64,000 nt of DNA from an uncultured Eubacteriales bacterium (GTDB taxonomy: Bacteria; Bacillota; Clostridia; Oscillospirales; Oscillospiraceae): contig URBH01000002.1 of assembly GCA_900546075.1 (NCBI GenBank), positions 15,263 to 79,262 of the forward strand, written 5' to 3'. Positions 38,584 through 48,869 of this stretch are shown here, piece by piece. The position numbers and the translations under genes were made by a program. Numbering within the stretch: position 1 is the stretch's first letter; every line of letters starts with the position of its first letter. Under the pieces are notes generated by a model. The model saw only the letters and a list, made by a program, of their open reading frames with translations, was not told the origin of the DNA and did no database searches.

Positions 38584-41085
38584 GTGATACCCATACTAGA
38601 CTGGATATTCGAGGGTATCGTCAATTGGGTGGCAAGTGTCGTCTCCCAGCTGTTTGACGCGGTGTCCGGGCTGTTCCTTGAAGCGCTCGGTACCGATATG
38701 ACGGCGATGGAAGAATACTTCCCCTTCGTCACCAAGGCCTACGATGTCATGCAGGTAACAGCATGGGCAATCTTAATTCTGATTACCATATGGCAGCTGT
38801 TTCGAGCATTCGGAGGGCCTATTACAGAAGCCGAAAACCCTTGGCATCTGCTGGTCCGGAGTTCTGTCTACGGCCTTCTGATTGGCTACGCCAAACCCAT
38901 TTTCTCCCTGTGCCTGAACATTGCGCGGGCGCCCTATACAACCCTTATGGAGTTATCCATGACCGCAGAGGATTTCACCTTTGCGGGCGTGGAGCAAACC
39001 CTCACCAATGGCCTGTTGACGATTGTGTCAGCTGCAACCGTTGTCGGTCTGATCCTGATCCTCATTCTGGAAATCGCTCTGGGCTGGAACTACTTCAAGC
39101 TCCTGCTGGAAACTGTAGAACGGTACATCGTTGTTGGTGTTCTGTGCTATACCTCACCTCTCGCCTTTTCTATGGGCGGCTCCAAAACCACGAGTACCGT
39201 GTTCAAATCCTGGTGCAGAATGGTTGGTTCCCAACTGCTGCTCCTTGTCATGAACGTCTGGTTCCTTCGTGGTTTTGCCTCGTCCATGGGACAGTTCATC
39301 GCAAACGGTGGTGCGCTGACCACCGGTAAAGGAAGCATTTTCCTGTGGATGTTCTGCGCACTGGCTTATCTGAAGTGCGCCCAGCGATTCGACAGCTATC
39401 TGGCCTCCATCGGCTTGAATGTGGCGCAGACCGGGTCCAGCATGGGCATGGAACTGATGATGGCTGCCAGAGTCATCTCCGGGGCAGGCAGCAGTGTTCG
39501 CAGCGCGGGCAGTGTCTTCGGCCGGGGCGGAAATGCCGCTGCTACCGGAACCGGTGCTGCCGCAAATGGCTTTGCCTCCGGTTTCGCTTCCAGATTCAGC
39601 CCCAACTCCTATGTCCGTGATGCCGTTGTAGAAGGTGGCTCCCGCATGGGCTTCAATGGCGGTGCCGGATTCGTTGGCCGCGCCTTCGGTGGTATCGCCG
39701 CCCGGAATGGTGCTACCCTGAATGGGAACTCCATTTCCTCTGTAGCGGCCAGAGCGCCCAGCACTTCCGGCACGATTGCCGGTGATATAGCGGACAGGAG
39801 CCTTGGCAACTATATGCCCCAGATGCAGGGATTCCAGCTTCAGGGAACGCAAATCACAGGAGGCCATATCAGTACGACCGCAGTTTCCGCGGATGGCAAA
39901 TCGGCTTCTTTGGATATGTTCAACGCCTCTCAGTTTGAAAAGCCAGAAGTTCCCCACAGCGTGGTTACTGCGGCGGATGGAAGCCAGTGGTATCAGATGG
40001 CCAGCGGCGAGGGCCGCGGCGCCTTTTACGATGTACCCACCTTCCATGGTGTTGGAGCAGATATCCCCAACACAGCAGCAGGTGATGGCGTGTCCGGAGC
40101 ATCTCAGCCCGGCGAAAGCGGCCAGAGCTTCGGCGAGACGCTTACCCACGATGGCGTTGAAGGCCATCCCGGCATGGTGACTTACCCCGGCGCAGCAGAC
40201 GGAATTGGTGCAGCGGATACCCCGGCTCCGGAGAGTACCCTGCTTACAGGAGTTGCCGCATCCCCTGTGGGCGGAGGAGATCAACCGCCCATTGGATACG
40301 GCAACGGCGCTCCCTCCGTGGATACCGTTTACGGCAACGCCCCCGAAGCACAACACTTTGGTGCTGCATATGCGGGTGGCTTTGGCGAGTCTCCCCAGAA
40401 CGGCGCTCAATTTGCAGATCATGGAGAAAACGTTGGTCAGGGATTCTATTCCGAGGCGCCCCTTGTGGCAGCAACCTTCCCCAGCGCACCGGAGGGTACT
40501 TCCCTGCGCACCGTGGGCGACGGCGTTATCGAAGCCAGTTCCCCGGATGGAGGCAACACGCTCTGGTACAACAGCGCCTATTATCAGGAACCCGATGCGC
40601 CCCACAGCGTCATGCAGTCTTCCAACGGTGTGGATTGGTATGCCATGCAGCAGCAGGGCAACATTCCCCAGTTTGAAGTTGGCGAGGCCGCAGCTGCTTA
40701 TAATCAGGCGGCATTCCAGAACTTTATGCCCGGTTATGATCTTCCTGTTTCTCAGGTTGATGGCACACACCGTCAGGACGGCTACTTTGAAGTCCGGCAC
40801 GAGGATGGCTCTGGCACGAAGTTCTATGATATCGCCAGATATGCCGCACCTCGTGGTGACTATCAGGTCTTCGAGGATTCCCGCGGCAGTCAGTGGTACG
40901 CAATTCAGGGCGATGCCGCTGTCGACCGCAAACCCGTCTACGAGAACGGTAAGCCTGTCTATGACAACGGAAAACTCCGCACGACCAATGTGGAAACCAT
41001 TCGTTACAAGCAGACGCCCACCCGATTCGCTGAGCCTGAAAAGCGCGGAGATATCGAACGAAAGCCCCCAAAAAGAAAAATGTAA
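38584..41085 (+). CDS. VirB6/TrbL-like polytopic T4SS channel protein with ~500 aa repetitive C-terminal extension
   Basis: N-terminal multi-TM domain; C-terminal Gly/Ala-rich region with repeated ...G(S/N)QWY... modules; GTG start abuts the RBS (start uncertain). Confidence 0.55.
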   Translation: MIPILDWIFEGIVNWVASVVSQLFDAVSGLFLEALGTDMTAMEEYFPFVTKAYDVMQVTAWAILILITIWQLFRAFGGPITEAENPWHLLVRSSVYGLLIGYAKPIFSLCLNIARAPYTTLMELSMTAEDFTFAGVEQTLTNGLLTIVSAATVVGLILILILEIALGWNYFKLLLETVERYIVVGVLCYTSPLAFSMGGSKTTSTVFKSWCRMVGSQLLLLVMNVWFLRGFASSMGQFIANGGALTTGKGSIFLWMFCALAYLKCAQRFDSYLASIGLNVAQTGSSMGMELMMAARVISGAGSSVRSAGSVFGRGGNAAATGTGAAANGFASGFASRFSPNSYVRDAVVEGGSRMGFNGGAGFVGRAFGGIAARNGATLNGNSISSVAARAPSTSGTIAGDIADRSLGNYMPQMQGFQLQGTQITGGHISTTAVSADGKSASLDMFNASQFEKPEVPHSVVTAADGSQWYQMASGEGRGAFYDVPTFHGVGADIPNTAAGDGVSGASQPGESGQSFGETLTHDGVEGHPGMVTYPGAADGIGAADTPAPESTLLTGVAASPVGGGDQPPIGYGNGAPSVDTVYGNAPEAQHFGAAYAGGFGESPQNGAQFADHGENVGQGFYSEAPLVAATFPSAPEGTSLRTVGDGVIEASSPDGGNTLWYNSAYYQEPDAPHSVMQSSNGVDWYAMQQQGNIPQFEVGEAAAAYNQAAFQNFMPGYDLPVSQVDGTHRQDGYFEVRHEDGSGTKFYDIARYAAPRGDYQVFEDSRGSQWYAIQGDAAVDRKPVYENGKPVYDNGKLRTTNVETIRYKQTPTRFAEPEKRGDIERKPPKRKM

Positions 41086-41151
41086 CCAGATGGCCATGGT
41101 TGTGAATCTCACGATCATGGCCTTTTTTCATTCCAAAACGGAGGTGATTCC

Positions 41152-43176
41152 ATGGCCGAGCCGGAAAAAGATCAGATCGGCGATGGTCAAGACAATTTTG
41201 GTCAAGCTGCCGGGAAAGCAATTCAGGCAGCGAAGCAAATCTCTCATGATGCTGCCGCAGAGGCAGCCGTAAAAGGTGCGGAAGCAACAGCAAATGCGGC
41301 CGCTGCAGTGGTTCAAGCCGGTGCGGAAAGCGGCAAAGCCGTTGCTGAAATCGCCGCAGGTACTGCCGCCGGAGGCCCGTGGGGCGCAATTCTTTCCGCC
41401 GCGTGGGCAATGCGCCACAGCTTGTTCAAGGTTCTGGTCTGCATCTGCCTGTTCCTCCTGATTATCGTCATCCTTATCTGCTCCATCCCGAGTATCGTTC
41501 TGGACAGTGTGTTTGGCCTGAACGGGGTTCCTCCCGCAGAAGAAGTCACGCTGGAATCGTCCTACTCTGAAATGTCCAATGCGGTATCGGCAGTGATCGA
41601 CGCAGGGTATGACCAGTCCCTTGCCAGAGTCGAGGAAATTATTCTGGATGGCGGTTATGACTATGACCTTTCCATGGATGCCCTTATCAACCATGCGCAA
41701 TCGTCTGCCGGTTATGATGTTTGTTACATTCTGGCCGCCTATTCCGCTTCCTTACAGCAGAAAGGCATATCCGTGGAGGATATGGTGGCGAAGCTGGCCA
41801 GAATCTCCGATCAGATGTTTCCGGTATCCTACGTAGAACGGCAGCAGGAAAGGCTCGTACCTGTAAGTTATTCCACTTACAAGCCCGTGACAGTAACCGT
41901 TGTGACACACATTGAATCGGCAGGCATTGTCAATAACGTTCCCCGCTATAACTACACCACTGAACGGCGGCACTACTATCTTCCGGACGAGGCAAGGGAA
42001 TCTGATGAAGAAATCACGGTTCCCAAGTACAAAGCAGTTTCCGTGACGGTACCGATCTATTCTGGCAGTAAGATTTCCGGCACCCGGACAGAGACCTATT
42101 ATGAAGCAGACGGTGACGAAACGCTTGAACCAACCACCGAAATTATCAAGTATGTGGAATGTACCATTTCGCCCTTCGACAATTCGGTGATCCTGGAAGC
42201 CTTTGGCATTGACACCTCAGCACAATACCCCCAATTCAATCTGACCTACGGTGAGGTAATTCAGAATATGGCAAATGCCTTAAAGATGACCCTGTACGGC
42301 ACTTTGGGAAGCGGCACGTCCGTTCCCCTCACAGATGCTGAGCTGATCGCATTTGTCAACAGCCTCAGCTGTAATGACACCAGAAAGCATATCGTCACAA
42401 CCGCTCTGTCGCTGGTAGGAAAGGTTCCTTATTTCTGGGGCGGCAAAAGCGAAGCCGGATGGAATGACGAATGGAACACTCCCAAGCTGGTTACCGCTGC
42501 CGGATCAAGTTCCACGGGAACGATTCGTCCGTATGGGCTGGATTGCTCCGGGTTTACCGACTGGGTGTACAAAACCGCCCTTGGCATCAGCATTCAGGCC
42601 GGCTCTTGGGCGCAGTACACAAGCTCTACTCCCATTTCCGAAGCGGAGCTTCTTCCCGGTGATCTGGGTTTCCTCCTGAATGACGGCGGCACTACAGACC
42701 ATGTTCTTATTTTCGCCGGTTACGATGAGGGCGGCAACCGGAAATGGGTGCATTCGGAGGGTGGCATTGGCGTCCATATCAACACCCCCGGCTATGACTC
42801 CAAACTGGTTCTGCGAAGACCTTCCGGGGTTAATTTCGAGCAGGATGTCAGCAGTCCAGCCTATGGCGAACCGCTTTACTCCCTTGAAGTCAATGTGACC
42901 CATTACTGTGCCTGCACCAAGTGCTGCGGCCCCAATGCCAAGGGCATTACTGCCAGCGGCAAAAGAGTCGCGGTCGGTATGGTTGCCATGTCCAGCTACT
43001 ACCCATTCGGTACCCAAATTATGATCAACGGCATCATGTACACAGTTGAGGACCGGGGTGGCTCCGGTATCGAGAACAACATTGCCCGCGTCGATATCTT
43101 TGTCCCGGATCACAACGAAGCACTGCGGTTGGGACGCTTTAACACCACCGCTTACATTTACAGAATTGGAAGGTGA
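41152..43176 (+). CDS. conjugation cell-wall hydrolase: TM anchor + NlpC/P60 (CHAP-like) + C-terminal 3D domain
   Basis: GLDCSGFTDWVY catalytic-Cys motif; C-terminal Cys-rich 3D-like region VTHYCACTKCCG. Confidence 0.75.
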   Translation: MAEPEKDQIGDGQDNFGQAAGKAIQAAKQISHDAAAEAAVKGAEATANAAAAVVQAGAESGKAVAEIAAGTAAGGPWGAILSAAWAMRHSLFKVLVCICLFLLIIVILICSIPSIVLDSVFGLNGVPPAEEVTLESSYSEMSNAVSAVIDAGYDQSLARVEEIILDGGYDYDLSMDALINHAQSSAGYDVCYILAAYSASLQQKGISVEDMVAKLARISDQMFPVSYVERQQERLVPVSYSTYKPVTVTVVTHIESAGIVNNVPRYNYTTERRHYYLPDEARESDEEITVPKYKAVSVTVPIYSGSKISGTRTETYYEADGDETLEPTTEIIKYVECTISPFDNSVILEAFGIDTSAQYPQFNLTYGEVIQNMANALKMTLYGTLGSGTSVPLTDAELIAFVNSLSCNDTRKHIVTTALSLVGKVPYFWGGKSEAGWNDEWNTPKLVTAAGSSSTGTIRPYGLDCSGFTDWVYKTALGISIQAGSWAQYTSSTPISEAELLPGDLGFLLNDGGTTDHVLIFAGYDEGGNRKWVHSEGGIGVHINTPGYDSKLVLRRPSGVNFEQDVSSPAYGEPLYSLEVNVTHYCACTKCCGPNAKGITASGKRVAVGMVAMSSYYPFGTQIMINGIMYTVEDRGGSGIENNIARVDIFVPDHNEALRLGRFNTTAYIYRIGR

Positions 43177-43180
43177 AGAA

Positions 43181-43396
43181 ATGTATTTGCAGGAATTCAA
43201 AATCTATCTGATTGGCGGCCATGTGCTCAAGGCCGCCGAGGAAGTGACCATCCCCGCCGAGCATCGGCTCCTCAACCGGTTCAAGAAAGCCAAACCTGAT
43301 GATATCCTTTCTGTCGGCAGTGAGGAAACCAGTCAGGCTTACATTCCTGTCCGGAACATTCTATACATCTCCACCGGCGATGTGATTCGGTGGTGA
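43181..43396 (+). CDS. small hypothetical ICE protein
   Basis: 71 aa; GGAAGGTGAAG RBS. Confidence 0.35.
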   Translation: MYLQEFKIYLIGGHVLKAAEEVTIPAEHRLLNRFKKAKPDDILSVGSEETSQAYIPVRNILYISTGDVIRW

Positions 43397-43401
43397 GCAG
43401 T

Positions 43402-43785
43402 ATGGAAGAAAAGGAATACAGCAACGTGTATGCCATCCCGGCAAACTACACCGATTCCGGCAAGCTGCTGGGCGGTATGGTAGAACCCCGGAACGCGGTT
43501 GAGGCCGTTGCCCTCGTGATCATGGTGGGCTACCCGGAAGTCAAATGGATTCCGATGCCCACTACAATTCGCATTGTCATCATGACCGTGACCCTGATTC
43601 CGCTGGCAGTGGTCGCGTTCATGGGAATTGGCGGAGACTCTCTGCTCCAGTATCTGGGGCATATCCTCTCTTTCTGGGAAAACCGGCGGATATTACACTT
43701 CAGGAGGATCGGATACAAGTATGACCCAAAACAGCTCAAAAAGCCCGGGCGCAAAGGCAAGAAGAAAGAAGCCGGAAAAGCTTGA
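43402..43785 (+). CDS. PrgI/VirB3-like small membrane protein
   Basis: Two TM helices; immediately upstream of and overlapping the VirB4 gene. Confidence 0.45.
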   Translation: MEEKEYSNVYAIPANYTDSGKLLGGMVEPRNAVEAVALVIMVGYPEVKWIPMPTTIRIVIMTVTLIPLAVVAFMGIGGDSLLQYLGHILSFWENRRILHFRRIGYKYDPKQLKKPGRKGKKKEAGKA

Positions 43786-46246
43786 GTTTGTTCAGCCTTT
43801 CATCCCGGTCAAGGATATCCGCAACGGCATCGTGGAAACAACCGATGGCCGGTATGTAAAAATTCTTGAAATCGAACCCATCAACTTTATGCTCCGGTCT
43901 TCCGAGGAGCAGTACAACATCCTATCGTCCTTTGCCAGCTGGCTGAAGATATCGCCCATGAAGCTGCAGTTCAAATCCATTACCCGGAAAGCAGACTCTG
44001 ACAAGCACATCGCTATGATCCGAAAAGAGCTTTCCATAGAGGACAACGCGCAGTGCAAAGCCATGGGGGAAGATTACATCCGGCTGATTAAGGATGTGGG
44101 CTCCAGAGAAGCGCTGACTCGGCGCTTCTTTTTGATTTACCAGTATGAAGCCATCGGCAGAAGTGAATCGGATGACTATTCCAAAATCTACAGCATGTTG
44201 GTCAGCGCGGAGCAAAATGCACGCGCTTATTTCATGCAGTGCGGAAATAACATCATCCAGCCCCAAAATCCCGATCAGGCGGTAGCGGAGATCTTGTATA
44301 TGTTCTTCAATCGCCGCTCCTGCGTGGATGAACCGTTCACCGATCGCGTCAACCGGGTGATCATCGACACCATGGCCGCTAAGGGAAAAATTATTGGTAT
44401 TGACCCCATCCCGCATATCTCTGTCCGTCACTTTATTGCCCCCAGAGGTCTGGATTTATCCCATTACAACTACATCGTCATGGATGGCAGATATTACTGC
44501 TTCCTCTACATCAAGGGGAACGGATACCCCAGCACCGTGCGTGGTGGTTGGATGTCCAGCCTCATCAATGCCGGTGAGGGTATCGATATTGATGTCCACC
44601 TCTCCCGGGAGAACCGAAGCAAAACCATCGACAAAGTAGCCCAGCGCATCCGCTTAAACCGCACCAAGCTCAAAGGTATGCAGGACACCAGTACCGATTA
44701 CGAGGAACTGACCAACTCCATTCAGGCAGGCTATTACATTAAAAATGGCATTGCCAACCACAACGAGGATCTGTTCTACATGTCGGTGTTCGTGACCATT
44801 TCCGCCAAAACCTATGACGAGCTTCTATGGCGCAAGCAGCAGATGACCGATATGCTCAAGTCCATGGATATGTACCTCAGCGATTGCCGATTCCAGCAGG
44901 AGGATGCCTTGCGCAGCGTCATGCCTTTCCTCCAGATCAGCCCCAAGCTGCAAAAGAAAACCCAGAGGAATGTCCTGACCAGCGGCGCAGCATCCACCTA
45001 TATGTTCACCAGTTTCGAGATGTCCGACGATTCCGGTGTGCTTCTGGGCGTCAACCGGCATAACAATTCTCTCTGCATTGTTGACCTCTTTAATACGAAG
45101 ATCAACAAGAACGCGAACCTGACCATGTGCGGCACCAGCGGCACCGGTAAGACCTTTACGCTCCAGCTTTTGGCCCTGCGTATGCGAATGCGCGGTATTC
45201 AGTGTTATATTATCGCCCCCATCAAGGGTCATGAATTCAAGCGGGCCTGCAGCAAAATCGGCGGCGAGTTTATCAAGATCGCCCCCGGTTCTCCCCACTG
45301 CATCAATGTCATGGAGATCCGGCACACGATTTCTCCAGAAATGGAACTGATTGACGAGGTTGACTACAACGACATGGACTCCATGCTGGCCAGAAAAATT
45401 CAGCAGCTCATGATCTTCTTCTCCCTGCTGATTCCCGACATGACCAACGAGGAGGAGCAGATGCTGGATGAAGCGCTGATCAAAACATACAACGAGTTTG
45501 GCATTACCCATGACAACAACTCACTGTATGCCGACGCAACGTGCTTCCCTCCCAAGCTGAAGAAAATGCCCATTCTGGGTGATCTTCATAAGCATCTGCT
45601 GGAGAATCCCATGACCACGCGCATCGCCGCCATCGTCAGCCGTTTTGTGACGGGCTCCGCTCAGAGCTTCAACCGGCAGACCAATGTGGATCTGACCAAC
45701 AAGTACATCGTTCTGGACCTTTCCGAGCTGAAAGGCAAGCTGCTCCCCGTAGGGATGATGATTGCGCTGGATTATGTCTGGGACAATATCAAGGCTGACC
45801 GGGTCAAGAAAAAGGCCATTATGATTGACGAGATCTGGCAGCTCATTGGTGCGTCTTCCAATAAACTGGCCGCCGAGTTTTGTCTGGAGATCTTCAAGGT
45901 CATCCGTGGTTATGGCGGTGCCGCCATAGCAGCGACGCAGGATCTCAGCGATTTCTTCAGTCTGGATGACGGCAAATACGGACGGGCCATCATCAACAAC
46001 TCCAAGAACAAGATCATCCTGAATCTGGAGCAGGATGAGGCTCAGTACGTCAAAGACGTACTGAAGCTGACCCGCACCGAGGTGCGCTCCATTACCCAGT
46101 TTGAGCGTGGCGAGGCTCTGATCCACAGCAACAACAATAAGGTTCCTGTGGTTATCAAAGCCTCCGTGGAGGAAAAAGAAATGATTACCACCGACCGGGC
46201 AGAGCTGGAAGCGATTCTACGGAAGCGCCAGAAAGAAGCCACATAA
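43721..46246 (+). CDS. VirB4-family T4SS ATPase
   Basis: Walker A GTSGTGKT; Walker B (IMIDE) motif; ~840 aa. Confidence 0.85.
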   Translation: MTQNSSKSPGAKARRKKPEKLEFVQPFIPVKDIRNGIVETTDGRYVKILEIEPINFMLRSSEEQYNILSSFASWLKISPMKLQFKSITRKADSDKHIAMIRKELSIEDNAQCKAMGEDYIRLIKDVGSREALTRRFFLIYQYEAIGRSESDDYSKIYSMLVSAEQNARAYFMQCGNNIIQPQNPDQAVAEILYMFFNRRSCVDEPFTDRVNRVIIDTMAAKGKIIGIDPIPHISVRHFIAPRGLDLSHYNYIVMDGRYYCFLYIKGNGYPSTVRGGWMSSLINAGEGIDIDVHLSRENRSKTIDKVAQRIRLNRTKLKGMQDTSTDYEELTNSIQAGYYIKNGIANHNEDLFYMSVFVTISAKTYDELLWRKQQMTDMLKSMDMYLSDCRFQQEDALRSVMPFLQISPKLQKKTQRNVLTSGAASTYMFTSFEMSDDSGVLLGVNRHNNSLCIVDLFNTKINKNANLTMCGTSGTGKTFTLQLLALRMRMRGIQCYIIAPIKGHEFKRACSKIGGEFIKIAPGSPHCINVMEIRHTISPEMELIDEVDYNDMDSMLARKIQQLMIFFSLLIPDMTNEEEQMLDEALIKTYNEFGITHDNNSLYADATCFPPKLKKMPILGDLHKHLLENPMTTRIAAIVSRFVTGSAQSFNRQTNVDLTNKYIVLDLSELKGKLLPVGMMIALDYVWDNIKADRVKKKAIMIDEIWQLIGASSNKLAAEFCLEIFKVIRGYGGAAIAATQDLSDFFSLDDGKYGRAIINNSKNKIILNLEQDEAQYVKDVLKLTRTEVRSITQFERGEALIHSNNNKVPVVIKASVEEKEMITTDRAELEAILRKRQKEAT

Positions 46247-46319
46247 TCAACGGGCGTTGTACGCATTTTCCCGTTTATGCGTATAACGCCCAAAATAAGT
46301 ACAAGGAGGAATATAAATC

Positions 46320-46838
46320 ATGGCTCTTATGGAAGACGAACGCCTGATCCTACGGTGGCTCAGTCAGTACGGGCCTTTGCGTTGGCCGCAAATTCGCGGA
46401 TTGCTCTACTACAGACCGCAGCGCTCTGTCAACAGGCTTGTGCAGAACATGAAGCATACCCGCAGGATTGCCGCTATAGAAGATGGTGAATATCTGGCAG
46501 TCGATCAATACTGCGAGCCGAAGCAGCGAATGATTACCGCCGTCTGGGTATTGCTCCAGTTTATTGAGCAAATTGCTCCCGAAGCCCACTGGCAAGCAGA
46601 TGCCCCGGCACAGATTTCCTTCCTGAAGGATAAAACAGCTTACGAAATCGTGGTTCTGTATGAAGACGAGGACCATTTGGTTCGACTTCTTCAGCCTCAA
46701 GAGGATACAAAGTACATTCTCGTTGTCCCGAATATGGAATTTGCGAATAAACTGATTCTCCCGGATGCGCCGTGCCTTTTCGCAACAGTCGATCAAACCG
46801 AATGTGAGGCTCCCAAAATCACTTTTTATTCCAGTTAG
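46320..46838 (+). CDS. hypothetical ICE protein (possible wHTH N-terminus)
   Basis: AAGGAGG RBS; no confident family assignment. Confidence 0.45.
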   Translation: MALMEDERLILRWLSQYGPLRWPQIRGLLYYRPQRSVNRLVQNMKHTRRIAAIEDGEYLAVDQYCEPKQRMITAVWVLLQFIEQIAPEAHWQADAPAQISFLKDKTAYEIVVLYEDEDHLVRLLQPQEDTKYILVVPNMEFANKLILPDAPCLFATVDQTECEAPKITFYSS

Positions 46839-46850
46839 GAGGAAAGCAAT

Positions 46851-47576
46851 ATGCCCGAAGAAAATTCCATCTTTATGAAAACCTCCAGCAGAGCACTGGG
46901 CATTCTGACCCAGCTCCATAGCGAAACCGCTCAGGCAATGTACGCATACACAGTCGGACGGCAGCAGGGAGCAAACGAAATGGCTCTCAGCAATGCAATC
47001 CTTGCGGAAAGGCTGATTGGCTGTTACCGGGTGATTCCCTCTCTGCTGGGTTCTCCCCATGCAAGGAAGAACATCGAGCACATCATGCAGGATGAAATTC
47101 CCGTTGAGGTTGGCTTTACCGAGGATGGCTGGTTTTCCCTCCGGATTCCCCGACTGCTTCCCCGAAAGGAGCGTGGCAAAGGCTCCGTCGAATACATCCG
47201 GGGCTTTTTGGGGCCTGCCATGCAGCGCTTTTTCAATGAGGGATCTCCCGTCCGCTTTGACGACTGTGTAATCATCTACCGTCACATCTATGACCGGGAG
47301 GAACCGGAGCGCAGGCACCGGGATCACGACAACATTGAAACCAATTTCGTAACGGACATTGTAGCCCTGTATGTCATGACAGATGACGCGCCGCTGCGCT
47401 GTCGGCATTACTACTGCAGCGCTGCGGGCAGCACGGAACGCACCGAGGTTTATGTCGTACCTGAGCAGGACTTTATGCGTTGGTATGAAGCAGAAAAGAA
47501 TTTCCCGGACGAGGGGGTGAAGCTCCATGCGCAAACCACTTTTTGGCAAGAAAAAGCTATCCCAAAACAGGGGTAA
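46851..47576 (+). CDS. hypothetical ICE protein
   Basis: TAGGAGG RBS; no confident family assignment. Confidence 0.45.
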   Translation: MPEENSIFMKTSSRALGILTQLHSETAQAMYAYTVGRQQGANEMALSNAILAERLIGCYRVIPSLLGSPHARKNIEHIMQDEIPVEVGFTEDGWFSLRIPRLLPRKERGKGSVEYIRGFLGPAMQRFFNEGSPVRFDDCVIIYRHIYDREEPERRHRDHDNIETNFVTDIVALYVMTDDAPLRCRHYYCSAAGSTERTEVYVVPEQDFMRWYEAEKNFPDEGVKLHAQTTFWQEKAIPKQG

Positions 47577-47717
47577 ATTCCCGCAGCGACTTATCTACAC
47601 GCCCCGAAATGCGAAAAAGCTCTGTGTCCCAAGGAAAATCCCGTCTCCGAATCGATCCGATTTAGCCAAGAGGAGCAGGCATGGGGACGAAAATGCTCCA
47701 CTTCGAGGTAAGGAAAC

Positions 47718-48869
47718 ATGACCACCATAAAGCAGGATTCTCATGTGTACAGATTGCTCACGTTTCTTTCCTATGTTGGGGAGTACCCGCTGTGTTCTTT
47801 GCAGCTTTTCGGAAGCAAAGAGGTGTGGCGCAAATTGATCCACAAACATTCCCAACGGCAGGAGTATCGCATCCCCGGCCATGCCGACAAGATTATTTGC
47901 CGCCTTCTTCTGATTACAGGCAAAGGCAAAAGCAAATCTGTCCGCTTATCCAAGGGAGGGCAGAATATCCTTGAAATCGTCAATCCCAATGCCGCCCTTT
48001 ACTATACCCAGAATTACCTTCGCCATAATCATGCCGGTGAGGCCAAACGGTTGGATCGTTTCCATCGGGTGGCCGAATCCGCTGCCCTAATCAATCTGGC
48101 CGGATTTGAGACCTGCCCCTATAGGCTGCCCCAGCTTCAAATGGTCACAATCCGCAAGGTCGTTACGGATGCGCCTTCGTTCTATATCAGCAAAGAACTC
48201 AAGTATGTGGGCGATGATGATGTCAACAAAACCAGCTTCTCCAGAATAACAGGGGCTCTGTTCTGCCCCGGCGGATGTTACGCCGTGTACAACAGCCGTG
48301 ACTACCTGATGAACTGGAATGGCAGAGGCGAGGCAAAGGTCAGGCTCCACCTTACGGAGATTGCACGCATGAATGCAGATGTGGATGATGTACAGTCGGC
48401 TATTCTTTTGGGTACAGGGTACGAAATCGCTGAAATAACCTTGCGTACCCTATGGAAGACCAAACGGGCTGAAACAGAGTTTACCGTCATCTACGACCAT
48501 CTCCATTTCATCCCTCTGAATGGATTCGGCGTGCGCCTTCTGAAAATACTGACCACCCCAGACTGGAATGAAACATTGCTGGATCTTCTGTTCGATCCGA
48601 ATGACAGATCCTATGGTAAAGGCGTTTTCGAGTATGACGCCCGTGAGAACGGCATTTATTTGTTTTCATTTCTGGACAGCGACATCACCCGATTGAATCA
48701 TTTCATAGATGGGACAAAAGGAATCGAACGGGAAACAGCCGTTATCTGTTTCCCGGAACAAACCGCTTTTGTCCGGAATGTCGTTGGGCCGAAAGTCAGC
48801 ATTAAGACGGTAATAATGGATATGGTAGAAGATGCCCTCTGCCCGAAAGGCGGTGATGCAGATGAATGA
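47718..48869 (+). CDS. hypothetical ICE protein, translationally coupled to the T4CP (relaxase/accessory candidate)
   Basis: Its stop overlaps the T4CP start (ATGAATGA); no HUH motif recognised. Confidence 0.45.
   Translation: MTTIKQDSHVYRLLTFLSYVGEYPLCSLQLFGSKEVWRKLIHKHSQRQEYRIPGHADKIICRLLLITGKGKSKSVRLSKGGQNILEIVNPNAALYYTQNYLRHNHAGEAKRLDRFHRVAESAALINLAGFETCPYRLPQLQMVTIRKVVTDAPSFYISKELKYVGDDDVNKTSFSRITGALFCPGGCYAVYNSRDYLMNWNGRGEAKVRLHLTEIARMNADVDDVQSAILLGTGYEIAEITLRTLWKTKRAETEFTVIYDHLHFIPLNGFGVRLLKILTTPDWNETLLDLLFDPNDRSYGKGVFEYDARENGIYLFSFLDSDITRLNHFIDGTKGIERETAVICFPEQTAFVRNVVGPKVSIKTVIMDMVEDALCPKGGDADE

Noticed and set aside
39154-41118. 654-aa minus-strand ORF antisense to the VirB6-like gene
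   Set aside because: The sense-strand product has a coherent TM domain and repeats; the antisense product is low-complexity
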